Virus record (IMG/VR): IMGVR_UViG_3300022752_000015
Span: 148,805 to 212,804 of that record
Strand: one strand, 5' to 3'
Length of the DNA: 64,000 nucleotides
The notes beneath the pieces were generated by a model. That model saw only the letters and a list, made by a program, of their open reading frames with translations. It was not told the origin of the DNA and did no database searches. Both the position numbers and the translations under genes were made by a program. Below are positions 31,662-41,878 of the stretch, in pieces (within the stretch, counting starts at the first letter, position 1; every line of letters starts with the position of its first letter).

Positions 31662-31961
31662 ATGAAGATTACCCCTTCGCAATTACGTAAAATCATAAAA
31701 GAAGAAGTCAAAAGATTGTCAGAAGGTCCTGAAGAGGAACAAAAGGTTTTTTATGACGCTTTACGTCAAGCAGAAGATGCCTTAATGAAAGTCGTAGAGA
31801 TCGTAGAAAAATCCGGAAAGGGAAGCCCTGAAAAATTTGGAGGACAAGGTTCTCAACAGGTTAATCTAAAGGCGGTCCTTGCACAGATTTCCAACCAAAG
31901 AGAAATTGAACAAGACGCACCAGATTATGGCGGCGGTTTATTCGATCTGCCTGGCAAATAA
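31662..31961 (+). CDS. Small protein with MKIT..LRKIIKEE N-terminus
   Basis: AAGGAG SD; N-terminal motif shared with five other ORFs. Confidence 0.7.
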   Translation: MKITPSQLRKIIKEEVKRLSEGPEEEQKVFYDALRQAEDALMKVVEIVEKSGKGSPEKFGGQGSQQVNLKAVLAQISNQREIEQDAPDYGGGLFDLPGK

Positions 31962-31997
31962 TTGAACATATAACTCTACAAGTATTACGATGCTATC

Positions 31998-32981
31998 GTG
32001 GCCATTCGTTCGGTCTCCGATAGCATTAATTTTTTTGAATCTGTTTTTGGTAAGGGGCGTATATCTTCCAACGGTATCAACTTTGACGTTCGTTGTCCAA
32101 TATGCGCCTCGGCAGATCCAACGAAAAAGAAACTTTCTATTCGCACTGACACCACCGCAAATCATTGTTGGGTTTGTGGGTGGAAGTCTCGTACCATAGT
32201 TCCTCTAATAAGAAAATTTGGAACTCAAAATCAACTAGCAGAATTCAAAGAGTTGTTTGGACTGTTCGATAACTCTTTTCATCTGGTTACTGGTGAAAAA
32301 GAAGAAAAACAAAAGCTCGAACTTCCAAAAGATTTTAGGCTTTTGACGTTAGCAAATAGTATGGATCCTGACGTAAAGGCCGCCTGGCGCTATGTGTACT
32401 CTCGAGGACTTACTGACAGAGATGCTTGGTACTTCAAACTAGGAGTTTCTGATGAGCCTAGATGGAAGAGAAGAATCATCATGCCTTCATTTGATGCGCA
32501 AGGAAATTTAAATTTTTTTGTAGCTAGAGCGATCGATAAGGACAAAAAGCCAAAGTATGATAGCCCAGACGTAGATAAAAATCCTATCGTCTTTAACGAT
32601 CTAAACATAGATTGGTCAAAGAGATTGGTGCTAGTAGAAGGTTCATTCGATCTAGTAAAGTGCCCAGAAAACTCTACTGCAATATTAGGATCGGATCTTG
32701 ACGAGAGACACGAAATCTTTAATAAAATCTTACTACACAACACACCAATTGCGTTATCTTTAGATGGAGACATGTGGGACAAAAAGACTCCTAAAATAGC
32801 GAAAAAGTTGCAGGAATATAATGTAGACGTCATCGTAGTTGATGTTCGTCCGTGGGGAGACCCAGGTAGCATGTCTAAAATCGAATTTGAAGAAGCGTTA
32901 AAAGAAGCAAAGCAAATTAGCTGGGACGATAACTTTAGTAGAAAGTTAAAAAAAGCTACTGCAGTAAGTTTTGCATTTTAG
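31998..32981 (+). CDS. DNA primase (Zn finger plus Toprim)
   Basis: CPIC...HCWVC, FVARAI..KY, LVEGSFD and LDGD Toprim motifs. Confidence 0.85.
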   Translation: MAIRSVSDSINFFESVFGKGRISSNGINFDVRCPICASADPTKKKLSIRTDTTANHCWVCGWKSRTIVPLIRKFGTQNQLAEFKELFGLFDNSFHLVTGEKEEKQKLELPKDFRLLTLANSMDPDVKAAWRYVYSRGLTDRDAWYFKLGVSDEPRWKRRIIMPSFDAQGNLNFFVARAIDKDKKPKYDSPDVDKNPIVFNDLNIDWSKRLVLVEGSFDLVKCPENSTAILGSDLDERHEIFNKILLHNTPIALSLDGDMWDKKTPKIAKKLQEYNVDVIVVDVRPWGDPGSMSKIEFEEALKEAKQISWDDNFSRKLKKATAVSFAF

Positions 32982-32996
32982 TGATAATTAGTTATT

Positions 32997-33911
32997 GTGA
33001 GAAAGCACGTAATTACAGAAGCCAGGATTAGAGAAATAATCCAAGAAGAAATAGCAATTCAACAGCTCCTTGAAGAAGGATTTTTAGATTCTGCTAAAGA
33101 TGCAATAAAAAAATTGTCAGTTGCAGTTACTAATAGATTTAAGGAAGCAGCAGACAAGTGGGCAAACGTTATCTCTGAAAAGATAAACATGATGCAGACG
33201 ATCCCTCCAGAGATATTGACAATCGTCAATGCACTCGAAGAAGGAAAGAAGTCGACAGGAGAATCAATAGAGTTAGATGAAACGTTAAAGCTAGCTCAGT
33301 CTCTCAGTAAAGAAAATCCTCTTGCTTCTGCTGAAGAAGAATTATCTGGTCCTATCTACGCAAAAGCAAAAGAATTAAAAGAAATGTATGTTGTATTGTC
33401 CGATAATTCTTACGTCAAACAAAGAAAAAACTTACACGAAGCAGGAATAATAACTGGAGCAGGTATTGGATTAGCGATCATCGGAGGTTTACCTTTGTTA
33501 TTTAAAGGGTTAACTAAGCTGGCTGTCTATTTGAAAGCTGAAAAATTAGCTTCAATCTTTGAAAAAGCTGAACATGTTACTCACGCTTTTGAGCAAAAAT
33601 TTATAAAATTTGTAATCCCTAGCAAACTTTCATATTTCGTATATAAGTTTTTAGCTGAAAAAGGATTTCATACGGCTGGTGAAAAAGAAGTTTTATCTTA
33701 CGAAAGATATAAATCTTCGAAATCAGAGCAAAAAACAGCAGAATTAATCTATAAGGCTTTATTGATATATTTTGCTTTTCAAGGACTAGCAGGCGCTCTC
33801 AAGGCTGGTGCATCCTTGTTAGGATTTGTTGAAGGAACTGCAACAACAGTGAAAGGCATCGAACTAGCAAAAGGATTTGCTGACGTTCGAAAAATTGTCA
33901 GCGGAGCATGA
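32997..33911 (+). CDS. Hypothetical protein with IREIIQEE N-terminus and hydrophobic segments, possibly ejected
   Basis: Shared N-terminal motif, L-x-E sites and Gly-rich hydrophobic helices. Confidence 0.6.
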   Translation: MRKHVITEARIREIIQEEIAIQQLLEEGFLDSAKDAIKKLSVAVTNRFKEAADKWANVISEKINMMQTIPPEILTIVNALEEGKKSTGESIELDETLKLAQSLSKENPLASAEEELSGPIYAKAKELKEMYVVLSDNSYVKQRKNLHEAGIITGAGIGLAIIGGLPLLFKGLTKLAVYLKAEKLASIFEKAEHVTHAFEQKFIKFVIPSKLSYFVYKFLAEKGFHTAGEKEVLSYERYKSSKSEQKTAELIYKALLIYFAFQGLAGALKAGASLLGFVEGTATTVKGIELAKGFADVRKIVSGA

Positions 33912-33949
33912 GATATGAACATACGCATTATCTACGTTACATTTAGATA

Positions 33950-36900
33950 ATGCTACGAATTGCGCATACAGCAGACGTGCACTGGCGTGGGCTTAGTCGA
34001 CATGATGAATATCGAGAGATATTTTCTGCTTTTATAAATGACTGTAAGAAGAGCCGCGTCGACCACATCTTCATTGGTGGTGATATCTTTCATACAAAAA
34101 CATCAGGAATTTCTCCTGAATACATCAACCAACTAACGTGGTGGCTAAATGCCATGTCTGAAGTTGCAGTGGTGCACATCATATTGGGTAACCATGATGG
34201 TAACCTAACTAATCTTTCTAGGCAAGACGCAGTTTCTCCGATTGTTGATGCAATGAAAAATGATCGGATAAAGCTCTACAAGAAAAGTGGTACTTACGAA
34301 TTTTCTCCTGGATACAATTGGTGTGTTTTTAGTCTCTTTGACGAAGAAGGTTGGAAAGATGTAAAACCAGTCCCAGGAATGATCAACATCGCGTGTTTCC
34401 ATGGATCAGTAAGAGGATGCGTAACGGAAACAGGATGGGACATAACAGAAGGCATCAGCACTGATTTTTTCAATGAATATGACTTTGTATTTCTAGGTGA
34501 CATACACAAACGACAAATGTTAGCCTACAGAGATGGAAAGCCTTGGATAGGATTTCCAGGTACACCCATTCAGCAAAACTACGCAGAAGAGTTAGATCAT
34601 GGATATTTGCTTTGGGATATTGGTTCAGCATCCAACTGGGATGTTAAGTTTTGTCAACTTCCTAATGTTAAGCCTTACGTAACGATTGATTGGCAAGAGA
34701 ATCATGAAAAGTTAATCAACGAAGCTTTGCTTTATCCAAAGCAGTCAAGATTTCGTATTAGATCTAACGTACCAATGTCACAAGGTGACATTCAGACGAT
34801 TTCTAATCAACTGAAAACTACATTTCAAGCAACGGAAGTTACTTTTAAAACAGACTGTAAAGTAGAGACGAAAAAAATCTCAACGTCAGATGTTGTAATA
34901 GAGAAATCTGATATTAGATCTAATGAAGTGATCTTATCTCTTTTGCGTTCTTATGCAAAAGAAAACAAATATTCTAACGTAAACTGGGAAGCGGTAGAAA
35001 ATGATGTAAAAAAGTATCTTTCTTTGGTCACAACGACGGATGATTTAGCTAGAGGATCTTCATGGTCTCTTAAACAGTTGAAATGGGATAACATTTTTGC
35101 TTATGGCGAAGGCAATGAGATAGATTTTTCAAACTTGAATGGAATAGTAGGAATTTTTGGTCCCAACAGGATTGGAAAATCTTCGATTATAGGCACAATC
35201 ATGTATTCTTTATTCAACACGACCGATAGAGGATCCATGAAGAACATTTACGTTTGTAACGTAAGAAAGCCTTACTGTTCATCCAGGGCAATATTTGAAC
35301 ACAACGGTAAATCTTATGTTGTAGAAAGGCAAACGACAAAACAGCTGAATAAAAAAGGCGGAGTAAGTGCTTCAACAGCTCTTAACCTTTTTAAGATTAA
35401 TGACGATGAAGCAGAAGATCTAGGCGGCGAGCAAAGAACAGACACTGAAAAGATCATTAGATCGTTGTTAGGATCTCCTGATGACTTCTTGCTGACTTCT
35501 TTTTCTGCACAAGGAGAAACCAACGCATTCATTGCATTATCATCAGCCAAAAGAAGATCATTGTTGTCTAGATTTCTAGATTTAGATGTCTTTGATAAAA
35601 TGTACGAAAATTGCAACAAAGAGCTAAATGGATTTAAAGCAAGGTTAAAGAATTACCCAGAAAAAGATTGGGATGCCTTGAAGAAACAAGGAGAAGATCT
35701 TTGTATAGACCTTCAAAAAAAGATTGAAGATCTGCAGATCAAAATATCTGATACTCAAAATTTGCTAACGGACGTCAAGTACAAGCTGTCTTTGCATAAA
35801 GATCTAAAGCCAGTAACAAAAATTCAGCTTGAAGCTCAAGAGAAAAAAGTTTCTTCGCTAGAAAAGCAAGCGCAAGAATGTTCTTCTTATATCGATTCAT
35901 TAAAAGCAGAAATATCATCTTTAACTTCAAAACTTGAAACTGTCAATTCTTTTATTGAAAGTGAAGACATTGATGAACTTAAAACCAAACTTACCGCAAT
36001 AGATTCTATCGAAAAATCTATCACAAGTCTAAAACATTCTTACGAGTTAGAAACTGCTACTTTAAAACAACAACAAAAATCTCTTGCGTTGTTGGATGAA
36101 GTCCCTTGTGGTGATGAATACCCCACTTGCAAATTCATCAAAGATGCTCACTTAGATAAGTCAAAATTTCAAAATCAAAAAGAAAAAGAAGCCAATATAA
36201 AAGCATCTCTTGACAAGGCAATCAACTCTTTAAATTTGTTAGATAAAAATTCCATAATTTCAAAAATCTCTAAATATGAAAAAGCTGTTGGTTTATTGTC
36301 TAACATCAAATTGGAAATCTCTAAGAAAGAAACAGAAATTGAAAAGTGCAAATCTTCCTGCGAGATTTGTTTAGAGAACTTAAAAGAAGCAAAGACCAAG
36401 TTAGTTGACATTCAAAAGGCTTTAAAAAATAATGAAAATTATGAGGTTGTTGCCTTACGTTCAAAATTAGAAGAATTATCTAGTATTGCTAGAGATCATG
36501 ACGATGAAAAGATACGATTAGCGACTCAGCATGGAAGAGCTTTATCTGATCTAGAAAAATTGAAATCTGAAAAAGATTCTAGAGAGAGTTTGATTCGTGA
36601 GATGAAATCGACGGAAATGATATGCGATGCCTTTTCAAAAAAAGGTCTTCCTTTAATGATCACGAAAACTCAGCTTCCTGTCATCAATCAAGAGATTTCA
36701 AAAATTTTACAAGGTATCGTAGATTTTACAGTAGAACTTGAAAATGATGATGAAACAGACTCTACGGAAATATACATCAACTATGGAGACAGCAGGAGGA
36801 TAATTGAGCTATGTTCAGGAATGGAAAAAACTATCTCATCAATTGCAATTAGAGTAGCCTTAGTTAATATTTCAACTCTTCCAAAATTGGATATGTTTAT

Positions 36901-37087
36901 AATCGACGAAGGATTTGGAACGTTAGACGAATCTGGAGTGGAAGCATGTAGTAGATTGCTCAATAGCCTGAAGAGGTATTTTAAGACAATTTTGATGATT
37001 ACCCATGTGGATGGAATAAAAGATATGGCAGATCATATTATCGAAATAACCAAGCAAGAAAAAGATTCTAAGGTGGTTGTCACATGA
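33950..37087 (+). CDS. Fused SbcD/Mre11 nuclease and SbcC/Rad50 ATPase (gp47-gp46-like)
   Basis: DVH, GGD, GNHD and GDIH phosphoesterase motifs; Walker A GPNRIGKS, coiled coil, CGDEYPTC hook, CSGME signature, IDEGFGTLD, ITH. Confidence 0.9.
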   Translation: MLRIAHTADVHWRGLSRHDEYREIFSAFINDCKKSRVDHIFIGGDIFHTKTSGISPEYINQLTWWLNAMSEVAVVHIILGNHDGNLTNLSRQDAVSPIVDAMKNDRIKLYKKSGTYEFSPGYNWCVFSLFDEEGWKDVKPVPGMINIACFHGSVRGCVTETGWDITEGISTDFFNEYDFVFLGDIHKRQMLAYRDGKPWIGFPGTPIQQNYAEELDHGYLLWDIGSASNWDVKFCQLPNVKPYVTIDWQENHEKLINEALLYPKQSRFRIRSNVPMSQGDIQTISNQLKTTFQATEVTFKTDCKVETKKISTSDVVIEKSDIRSNEVILSLLRSYAKENKYSNVNWEAVENDVKKYLSLVTTTDDLARGSSWSLKQLKWDNIFAYGEGNEIDFSNLNGIVGIFGPNRIGKSSIIGTIMYSLFNTTDRGSMKNIYVCNVRKPYCSSRAIFEHNGKSYVVERQTTKQLNKKGGVSASTALNLFKINDDEAEDLGGEQRTDTEKIIRSLLGSPDDFLLTSFSAQGETNAFIALSSAKRRSLLSRFLDLDVFDKMYENCNKELNGFKARLKNYPEKDWDALKKQGEDLCIDLQKKIEDLQIKISDTQNLLTDVKYKLSLHKDLKPVTKIQLEAQEKKVSSLEKQAQECSSYIDSLKAEISSLTSKLETVNSFIESEDIDELKTKLTAIDSIEKSITSLKHSYELETATLKQQQKSLALLDEVPCGDEYPTCKFIKDAHLDKSKFQNQKEKEANIKASLDKAINSLNLLDKNSIISKISKYEKAVGLLSNIKLEISKKETEIEKCKSSCEICLENLKEAKTKLVDIQKALKNNENYEVVALRSKLEELSSIARDHDDEKIRLATQHGRALSDLEKLKSEKDSRESLIREMKSTEMICDAFSKKGLPLMITKTQLPVINQEISKILQGIVDFTVELENDDETDSTEIYINYGDSRRIIELCSGMEKTISSIAIRVALVNISTLPKLDMFIIDEGFGTLDESGVEACSRLLNSLKRYFKTILMITHVDGIKDMADHIIEITKQEKDSKVVVT

Positions 37088-37377
37088 CGTGGAAAGATTA
37101 TTCGCACGAAAGATTGATTAAAGAATGTTCAGGTTACTACGTGATCAAACCAAAAATTGCAAGAGAAATTGTACCATTGATTTGTCCAGTCTGCGAATGT
37201 ATTTTTAGATCTTCAGAAGATGAAAAATCTTATAAAAGCTTTGGATGCTGTGAAAGCTGTGAGACGTTATGGGCAAGACCCAACCAAGAAAAATGGAAAA
37301 ATGGGTGGAGACCTGAAAAAGAGATTGTTCTTTTGAAAGCAGAACAAAAAAAGTTAGATATTCATTTAGAATTTTAA
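37084..37377 (+). CDS. Small Cys-rich (Zn finger-like) protein
   Basis: CPVC...CCESC pattern; ATGA coupling to the upstream gene. Confidence 0.6.
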   Translation: MTWKDYSHERLIKECSGYYVIKPKIAREIVPLICPVCECIFRSSEDEKSYKSFGCCESCETLWARPNQEKWKNGWRPEKEIVLLKAEQKKLDIHLEF

Positions 37378-37419
37378 ATGTGATGATACATAGTTATCTT
37401 TGTTTTTGAAGAGGAAAAA

Positions 37420-37800
37420 ATGGCTGATATTGATCTTAGTTCTCTTGGAGAAGCAATCGATACATCATGGGGTAGATCTTCCATGCCTTTGACTTCAGGT
37501 TTTTCAGCAAAAATGTCGCTTGCTGGTCAAAATCAACTTCACTTGGTTTATCAGACTGTGATTAACTTTGCTTCAGAGCGAGAAATGCTTAGAGTAAAAT
37601 TATTTGAGTCTGAGCAAGCTGTAAAAAATGTGAAATCGATAGTTGATAACGTTAAAAGCAAATATAAAGATCTGTCTGGACAGTCTTTAAAAGTTAAAGA
37701 AGTTTCTTCAGGCGAATCTGTTGAAATAATTGGTCTTAATGTTCACAATCCAAAAAGAACTGCTTTGTACAGAAGAAAGTGTATATTTGAACTAGCATAA
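37420..37800 (+). CDS. Hypothetical protein upstream of terminase
   Basis: GAGG SD; TAATG coupling to terminase. Confidence 0.65.
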   Translation: MADIDLSSLGEAIDTSWGRSSMPLTSGFSAKMSLAGQNQLHLVYQTVINFASEREMLRVKLFESEQAVKNVKSIVDNVKSKYKDLSGQSLKVKEVSSGESVEIIGLNVHNPKRTALYRRKCIFELA

Positions 37801-39443
37801 TGTCTGAAAAAACGTTAACAAAACAGCAACAAGTCAACGAGATAATTCGTTGTGGCAAAGATCCGTCGTATTTTATAAAGCACTACGCAAGAATCCAGCA
37901 TCCATTAAAAGGTACGATTCCATTTGAGTTGTATCCTTTTCAAGATGAATGCTTAGAAAACTTTCAAAAGCATAGATTTAACATTGTGCTAAAATCCAGA
38001 CAGCTGGGTTTATCAACGGTTTCAGCTGCATATGCCACTTGGTTAGCTATTTTTTACAAAGATAAAAACGTATTAGTTATTGCAACAAAACTTGCTACTG
38101 CTCAGAACTTTATTAAGAAAGTAGCTGTTTTACTACAATCTTTGCCAAAATGGCTTTTGATGCCCAAGTTTGAGCCATCAAAGCAACAAATATCTTTTAG
38201 CAATGGATCTCAGATAAAGGCTGTACCTACGTCGGAAGATGCAGGCCGTTCTGAAGCTCTATCTTTGCTAATTGTAGACGAGTGTGCATTTATTAGAGAT
38301 TTTGACACGATATGGACAGGTCTCTATCCCACGCTTACGACAGGTGGTAACGCTATTCTAATTTCTTCTCCTAATGGAGTAGGTGGTTTATATTACAGAT
38401 TATGGGTTGAAGCAGAAGCTGGGGCTAACGAATTTAATCCGATAAGACTTCCGTGGACTGTTCACCCAGAGCACGATGAAATTTGGTTTGCAAAAGAAAC
38501 TAGAAATCTACCAAAAAGAAAAGTTAGTCAAGAATATCTTTGCGATTTTATCACGTCTGGAGATACGTTCTTACAGTCAGAAGATCTAGAAGATTTAAGA
38601 TCCAAAATATCTCCTCCTATTGAAAAATCAGGATTTGATAGAAACGTTTGGATATGGGATCACCCTTCACCAGAAAAATCATATGTAATTTCTGCAGATG
38701 TTGCTAGAGGCGATGCATCAGATTATTCTGCGTTTCATGTAATAGATCAATCTGCTTGTGAGATTGTAGCAGAATACATGGGTAAAATACCTCCAGAAAA
38801 GTTTGCAGAGTTATTGGCTGAATGGGGTAAAAAATATAATAATGCTTTCATCTGTCCAGAGAATAACACATTTGGATATTTCGTGAATGTTAAGCTTAGA
38901 GACTCCGGATATCCACGATTGTATTACCACAACAATAAAGGTGATCCGTTTTCTTACTCTTCAGTAGATCCTTCAGAACTACCAGGGTTCCCAACGAATC
39001 AAAAAACGAGAGTTCAAGTTTTAACAAAGCTTGAAGAACTTATAAGAAATAAGGTTTTAAGGTGCCATTCTCAACGCCTGTACGATCAACTTCAGGCTTT
39101 TATTTGGAATGGTAATAAGCCTATGGCTTCTAAAGATAGTCATGATGATTTAATCATGAGTCTTGCTATTGGTGCGTGGCTAGTTGAAGACGGAAGTGGT
39201 GCTAATGAATCTGCTATGGCTATGGCATATGCTATGCTAAAAGCGACGGGTATCTCTAGAAGAGAATTAAATGAAATTCCTAATGGCCCTAATTCAGCTA
39301 GTCCATACATCAGTCCTTCATTAAGAGCTTCAACTGGAATTAATCCTCAAAATGTGTATAAATTGCGAGAACCAACCGACGTTAAACATGTCAACGCTAA
39401 TTCTGATCCACTAATTGCAGATTTATCTTGGTTGTATCGTTGA
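37800..39443 (+). CDS. Terminase large subunit (T4 gp17-like)
   Basis: LYPFQ, KSRQLGLST (Walker A), LIVDECAF (Walker B), SSPNG, ADVARG..DYS and HDDLIMS nuclease motifs. Confidence 0.95.
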   Translation: MSEKTLTKQQQVNEIIRCGKDPSYFIKHYARIQHPLKGTIPFELYPFQDECLENFQKHRFNIVLKSRQLGLSTVSAAYATWLAIFYKDKNVLVIATKLATAQNFIKKVAVLLQSLPKWLLMPKFEPSKQQISFSNGSQIKAVPTSEDAGRSEALSLLIVDECAFIRDFDTIWTGLYPTLTTGGNAILISSPNGVGGLYYRLWVEAEAGANEFNPIRLPWTVHPEHDEIWFAKETRNLPKRKVSQEYLCDFITSGDTFLQSEDLEDLRSKISPPIEKSGFDRNVWIWDHPSPEKSYVISADVARGDASDYSAFHVIDQSACEIVAEYMGKIPPEKFAELLAEWGKKYNNAFICPENNTFGYFVNVKLRDSGYPRLYYHNNKGDPFSYSSVDPSELPGFPTNQKTRVQVLTKLEELIRNKVLRCHSQRLYDQLQAFIWNGNKPMASKDSHDDLIMSLAIGAWLVEDGSGANESAMAMAYAMLKATGISRRELNEIPNGPNSASPYISPSLRASTGINPQNVYKLREPTDVKHVNANSDPLIADLSWLYR

Positions 39444-39489
39444 AGCGTAATAAATATTTGACATTACTGTTACGATAAAAGAGACTAAT

Positions 39490-39798
39490 ATGCCAAAAAA
39501 GTTAAATTCTGTTGAACTTCATGCAAAAATTTTGCTACAAAAAGAAGCACTAATGGAAGGAGTGGATTCTTCAGGGGTAAAATCTTTAATTTCTTCTGCA
39601 GCAGATTTATATGAAGAAATCATAGATTTCGAACAGAATGCAACCGCCGATGCTATTAATGCATTGACTCCTCATTTAAAAAACGTGAAGGACACTCTTG
39701 AAAAAATGATAGAGAATCCTACAAGCTACGTGCCACAATCAACAACAATGGCCGAAAAGCAAAGAGTAACTTTTAAACCAACTAAAGATGTTGATTGA
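39490..39798 (+). CDS. Hypothetical protein in head module
   Basis: 102-aa ORF between terminase and portal. Confidence 0.6.
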   Translation: MPKKLNSVELHAKILLQKEALMEGVDSSGVKSLISSAADLYEEIIDFEQNATADAINALTPHLKNVKDTLEKMIENPTSYVPQSTTMAEKQRVTFKPTKDVD

Positions 39799-39856
39799 AG
39801 AATTTATTACCCAAGATAACTCTATAGTAATATATTCATACGTAGGGTTATAGAAC

Positions 39857-41827
39857 GTGGCAAAAGAAGAAAAAAATTTATTTCAGCGTCTTACTCGCTT
39901 ATTTAAAAGCGGTCCTGTAGTCAAGAGAAAGATTCGGACATTAGACACTACAATAGCGGTTGCTGACAAAGCTAAATCGTCAGCGGCCTTGTTGTTTCAG
40001 CGTTCAATGTCTCCCACTTATTCTACTATAACTGCAAATTCTTATAACTTGTCAGAACGTTTGATGAGATATCAAGATTTTGCAGAGATGGAATATACGC
40101 CTGAAATTGCTGCGGCGCTCGATATCTACGCCGACGAAACATGCGCGCAAGATGAAAAGGGCAGAGTACTTCACATTTATTCAGATAACGAAAAAATAAA
40201 ACAGATATTAGAAGATCTATTCTACAACACTCTAAATGTAGAATTTAACTTACGTTCATGGGCTAGAAATTTGGTTAAGTATGGAGACTTCTTTCTCTAT
40301 AATGATGTATCTCCCACACAAGGAGTTATCAACGCATTCCCAATTCCAGTAAACGAAATTGAAAGAGAAGAAAATTACGATAGAGAAGATCCATTTGCAG
40401 TAAGATATCGTTGGACGACTATGGGAAATAGAACATTAGAAAATTGGGAAATTTCTCATTTTAGGTACATCGGAAATGACATGTTTCTACCTTATGGATC
40501 TTCCGTCATAGAAGCCGCCAGAAGAATCTGGCGTCAACTAATTCTTCTTGAAGACGCTATGCTTGTGTATAGAGTTGTCCGCGCACCAGAACGTCGTGTA
40601 TTTTACGTAGACGTTGCGAATATTCCGGCCGAGAACGTTCCAATGTACGTTGAAGAACAAAGAAAGAACCTTAGAACTAATCAAGTTGTTGATAGGAACA
40701 CAGGTAGGGTCGATCTAAGATATTCTCCTTTGAGTGTAGAAGATGATTATTTCATTCCAGTGAGAGGCGGAGAAAGCGGAACAAAGATTGACACCTTGGC
40801 AGGTGGTCAAAATGCAGCTTCGGTTGAAGATGTAGCTTACATTCAAAAAAAGCTATTTGCCGCATTAAAAATTCCAAGAGCTTATTTGGGATATGATGAA
40901 ATGTTGTCTTCAAAAGCTACATTAGCTCAAGAAGATATCAGATTTTCTAGAACGATAAATGTGGTTCAAAAGACGATTGTTTCTGAACTTAATAAGTTGG
41001 CGATTATACATCTTTATGCAAATGGATTTGACAACGAAGATTTACAAAACTTTACTTTACGTCTTTCTAACCCTTCGACTGTTGCCCAACAACAGAAGCT
41101 AGAACTCTGGAGATCAAAGTTTGAAATAGGTGGTGCTTTACCTGAAGGAATGGGAAGCAAAAGATTTATTCAAAAAGAAATTTGGGGATTGAATGACGAA
41201 CAAATTCTTGCAATCAATGAACAAAGAAAGCAAGAAAAGATCATTGATGCTGAAGTAGAAGCTGCTAAACCTGAAGGTGAAGAAGAAGCGCCTGCTGGTG
41301 GCGAAGAAGAAGCGCCTGCTGGAGAAGAAGCAGGAGGCGAAGAAGAAGAAGAAGCAGGCGGCGGAGGAGGCGGATTATTTGCAGGAGATAAACCTTCAGA
41401 TGATGCATCTCCTGATGCAAAGTTGCTATTATCGGTAGATGAACCCGAACAAATGCCAAATTTATACGAAAAAGACAAGCTACCCATAAAGAAATCAAAT
41501 AAGACTAAATACAGCAATAAAAAAGCGCAGTATGATAGTTCTAGAAGAAAAAAATGGCAACTACATGAACCAGATTTCGTAAAAATGACGTCAACTCATC
41601 AAGCGTTGAATGACCCGTATGATACGAAGTGGTTAAAAAACCAATTTAAAGATCCATTAGGATTATCAGAGTCGATAAACGAAACTTATCACGTGACAAG
41701 TCTTCCTCCTGATGTAATGTCTTCTCTAAAAAAGATGACAGTAGCTTTGAAGATTCAAAAAAATAAAGAAGGATTATTAACAGAATCTAACGAGGAAGCG
41801 GCTTTAGATCTTGACATCGAAGACTGA
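39857..41827 (+). CDS. Portal protein (T4 gp20-like)
   Basis: EDAMLVYRVVRAPERRVFYVDV, EDDYFIP and TKIDTLAGG motifs; acidic C-terminal tail. Confidence 0.93.
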   Translation: MAKEEKNLFQRLTRLFKSGPVVKRKIRTLDTTIAVADKAKSSAALLFQRSMSPTYSTITANSYNLSERLMRYQDFAEMEYTPEIAAALDIYADETCAQDEKGRVLHIYSDNEKIKQILEDLFYNTLNVEFNLRSWARNLVKYGDFFLYNDVSPTQGVINAFPIPVNEIEREENYDREDPFAVRYRWTTMGNRTLENWEISHFRYIGNDMFLPYGSSVIEAARRIWRQLILLEDAMLVYRVVRAPERRVFYVDVANIPAENVPMYVEEQRKNLRTNQVVDRNTGRVDLRYSPLSVEDDYFIPVRGGESGTKIDTLAGGQNAASVEDVAYIQKKLFAALKIPRAYLGYDEMLSSKATLAQEDIRFSRTINVVQKTIVSELNKLAIIHLYANGFDNEDLQNFTLRLSNPSTVAQQQKLELWRSKFEIGGALPEGMGSKRFIQKEIWGLNDEQILAINEQRKQEKIIDAEVEAAKPEGEEEAPAGGEEEAPAGEEAGGEEEEEAGGGGGGLFAGDKPSDDASPDAKLLLSVDEPEQMPNLYEKDKLPIKKSNKTKYSNKKAQYDSSRRKKWQLHEPDFVKMTSTHQALNDPYDTKWLKNQFKDPLGLSESINETYHVTSLPPDVMSSLKKMTVALKIQKNKEGLLTESNEEAALDLDIED

Positions 41828-41878
41828 AAGTATATCTATTCATTAGAGTAATTCAACTGTTGAAAGGAATTGACCAGA

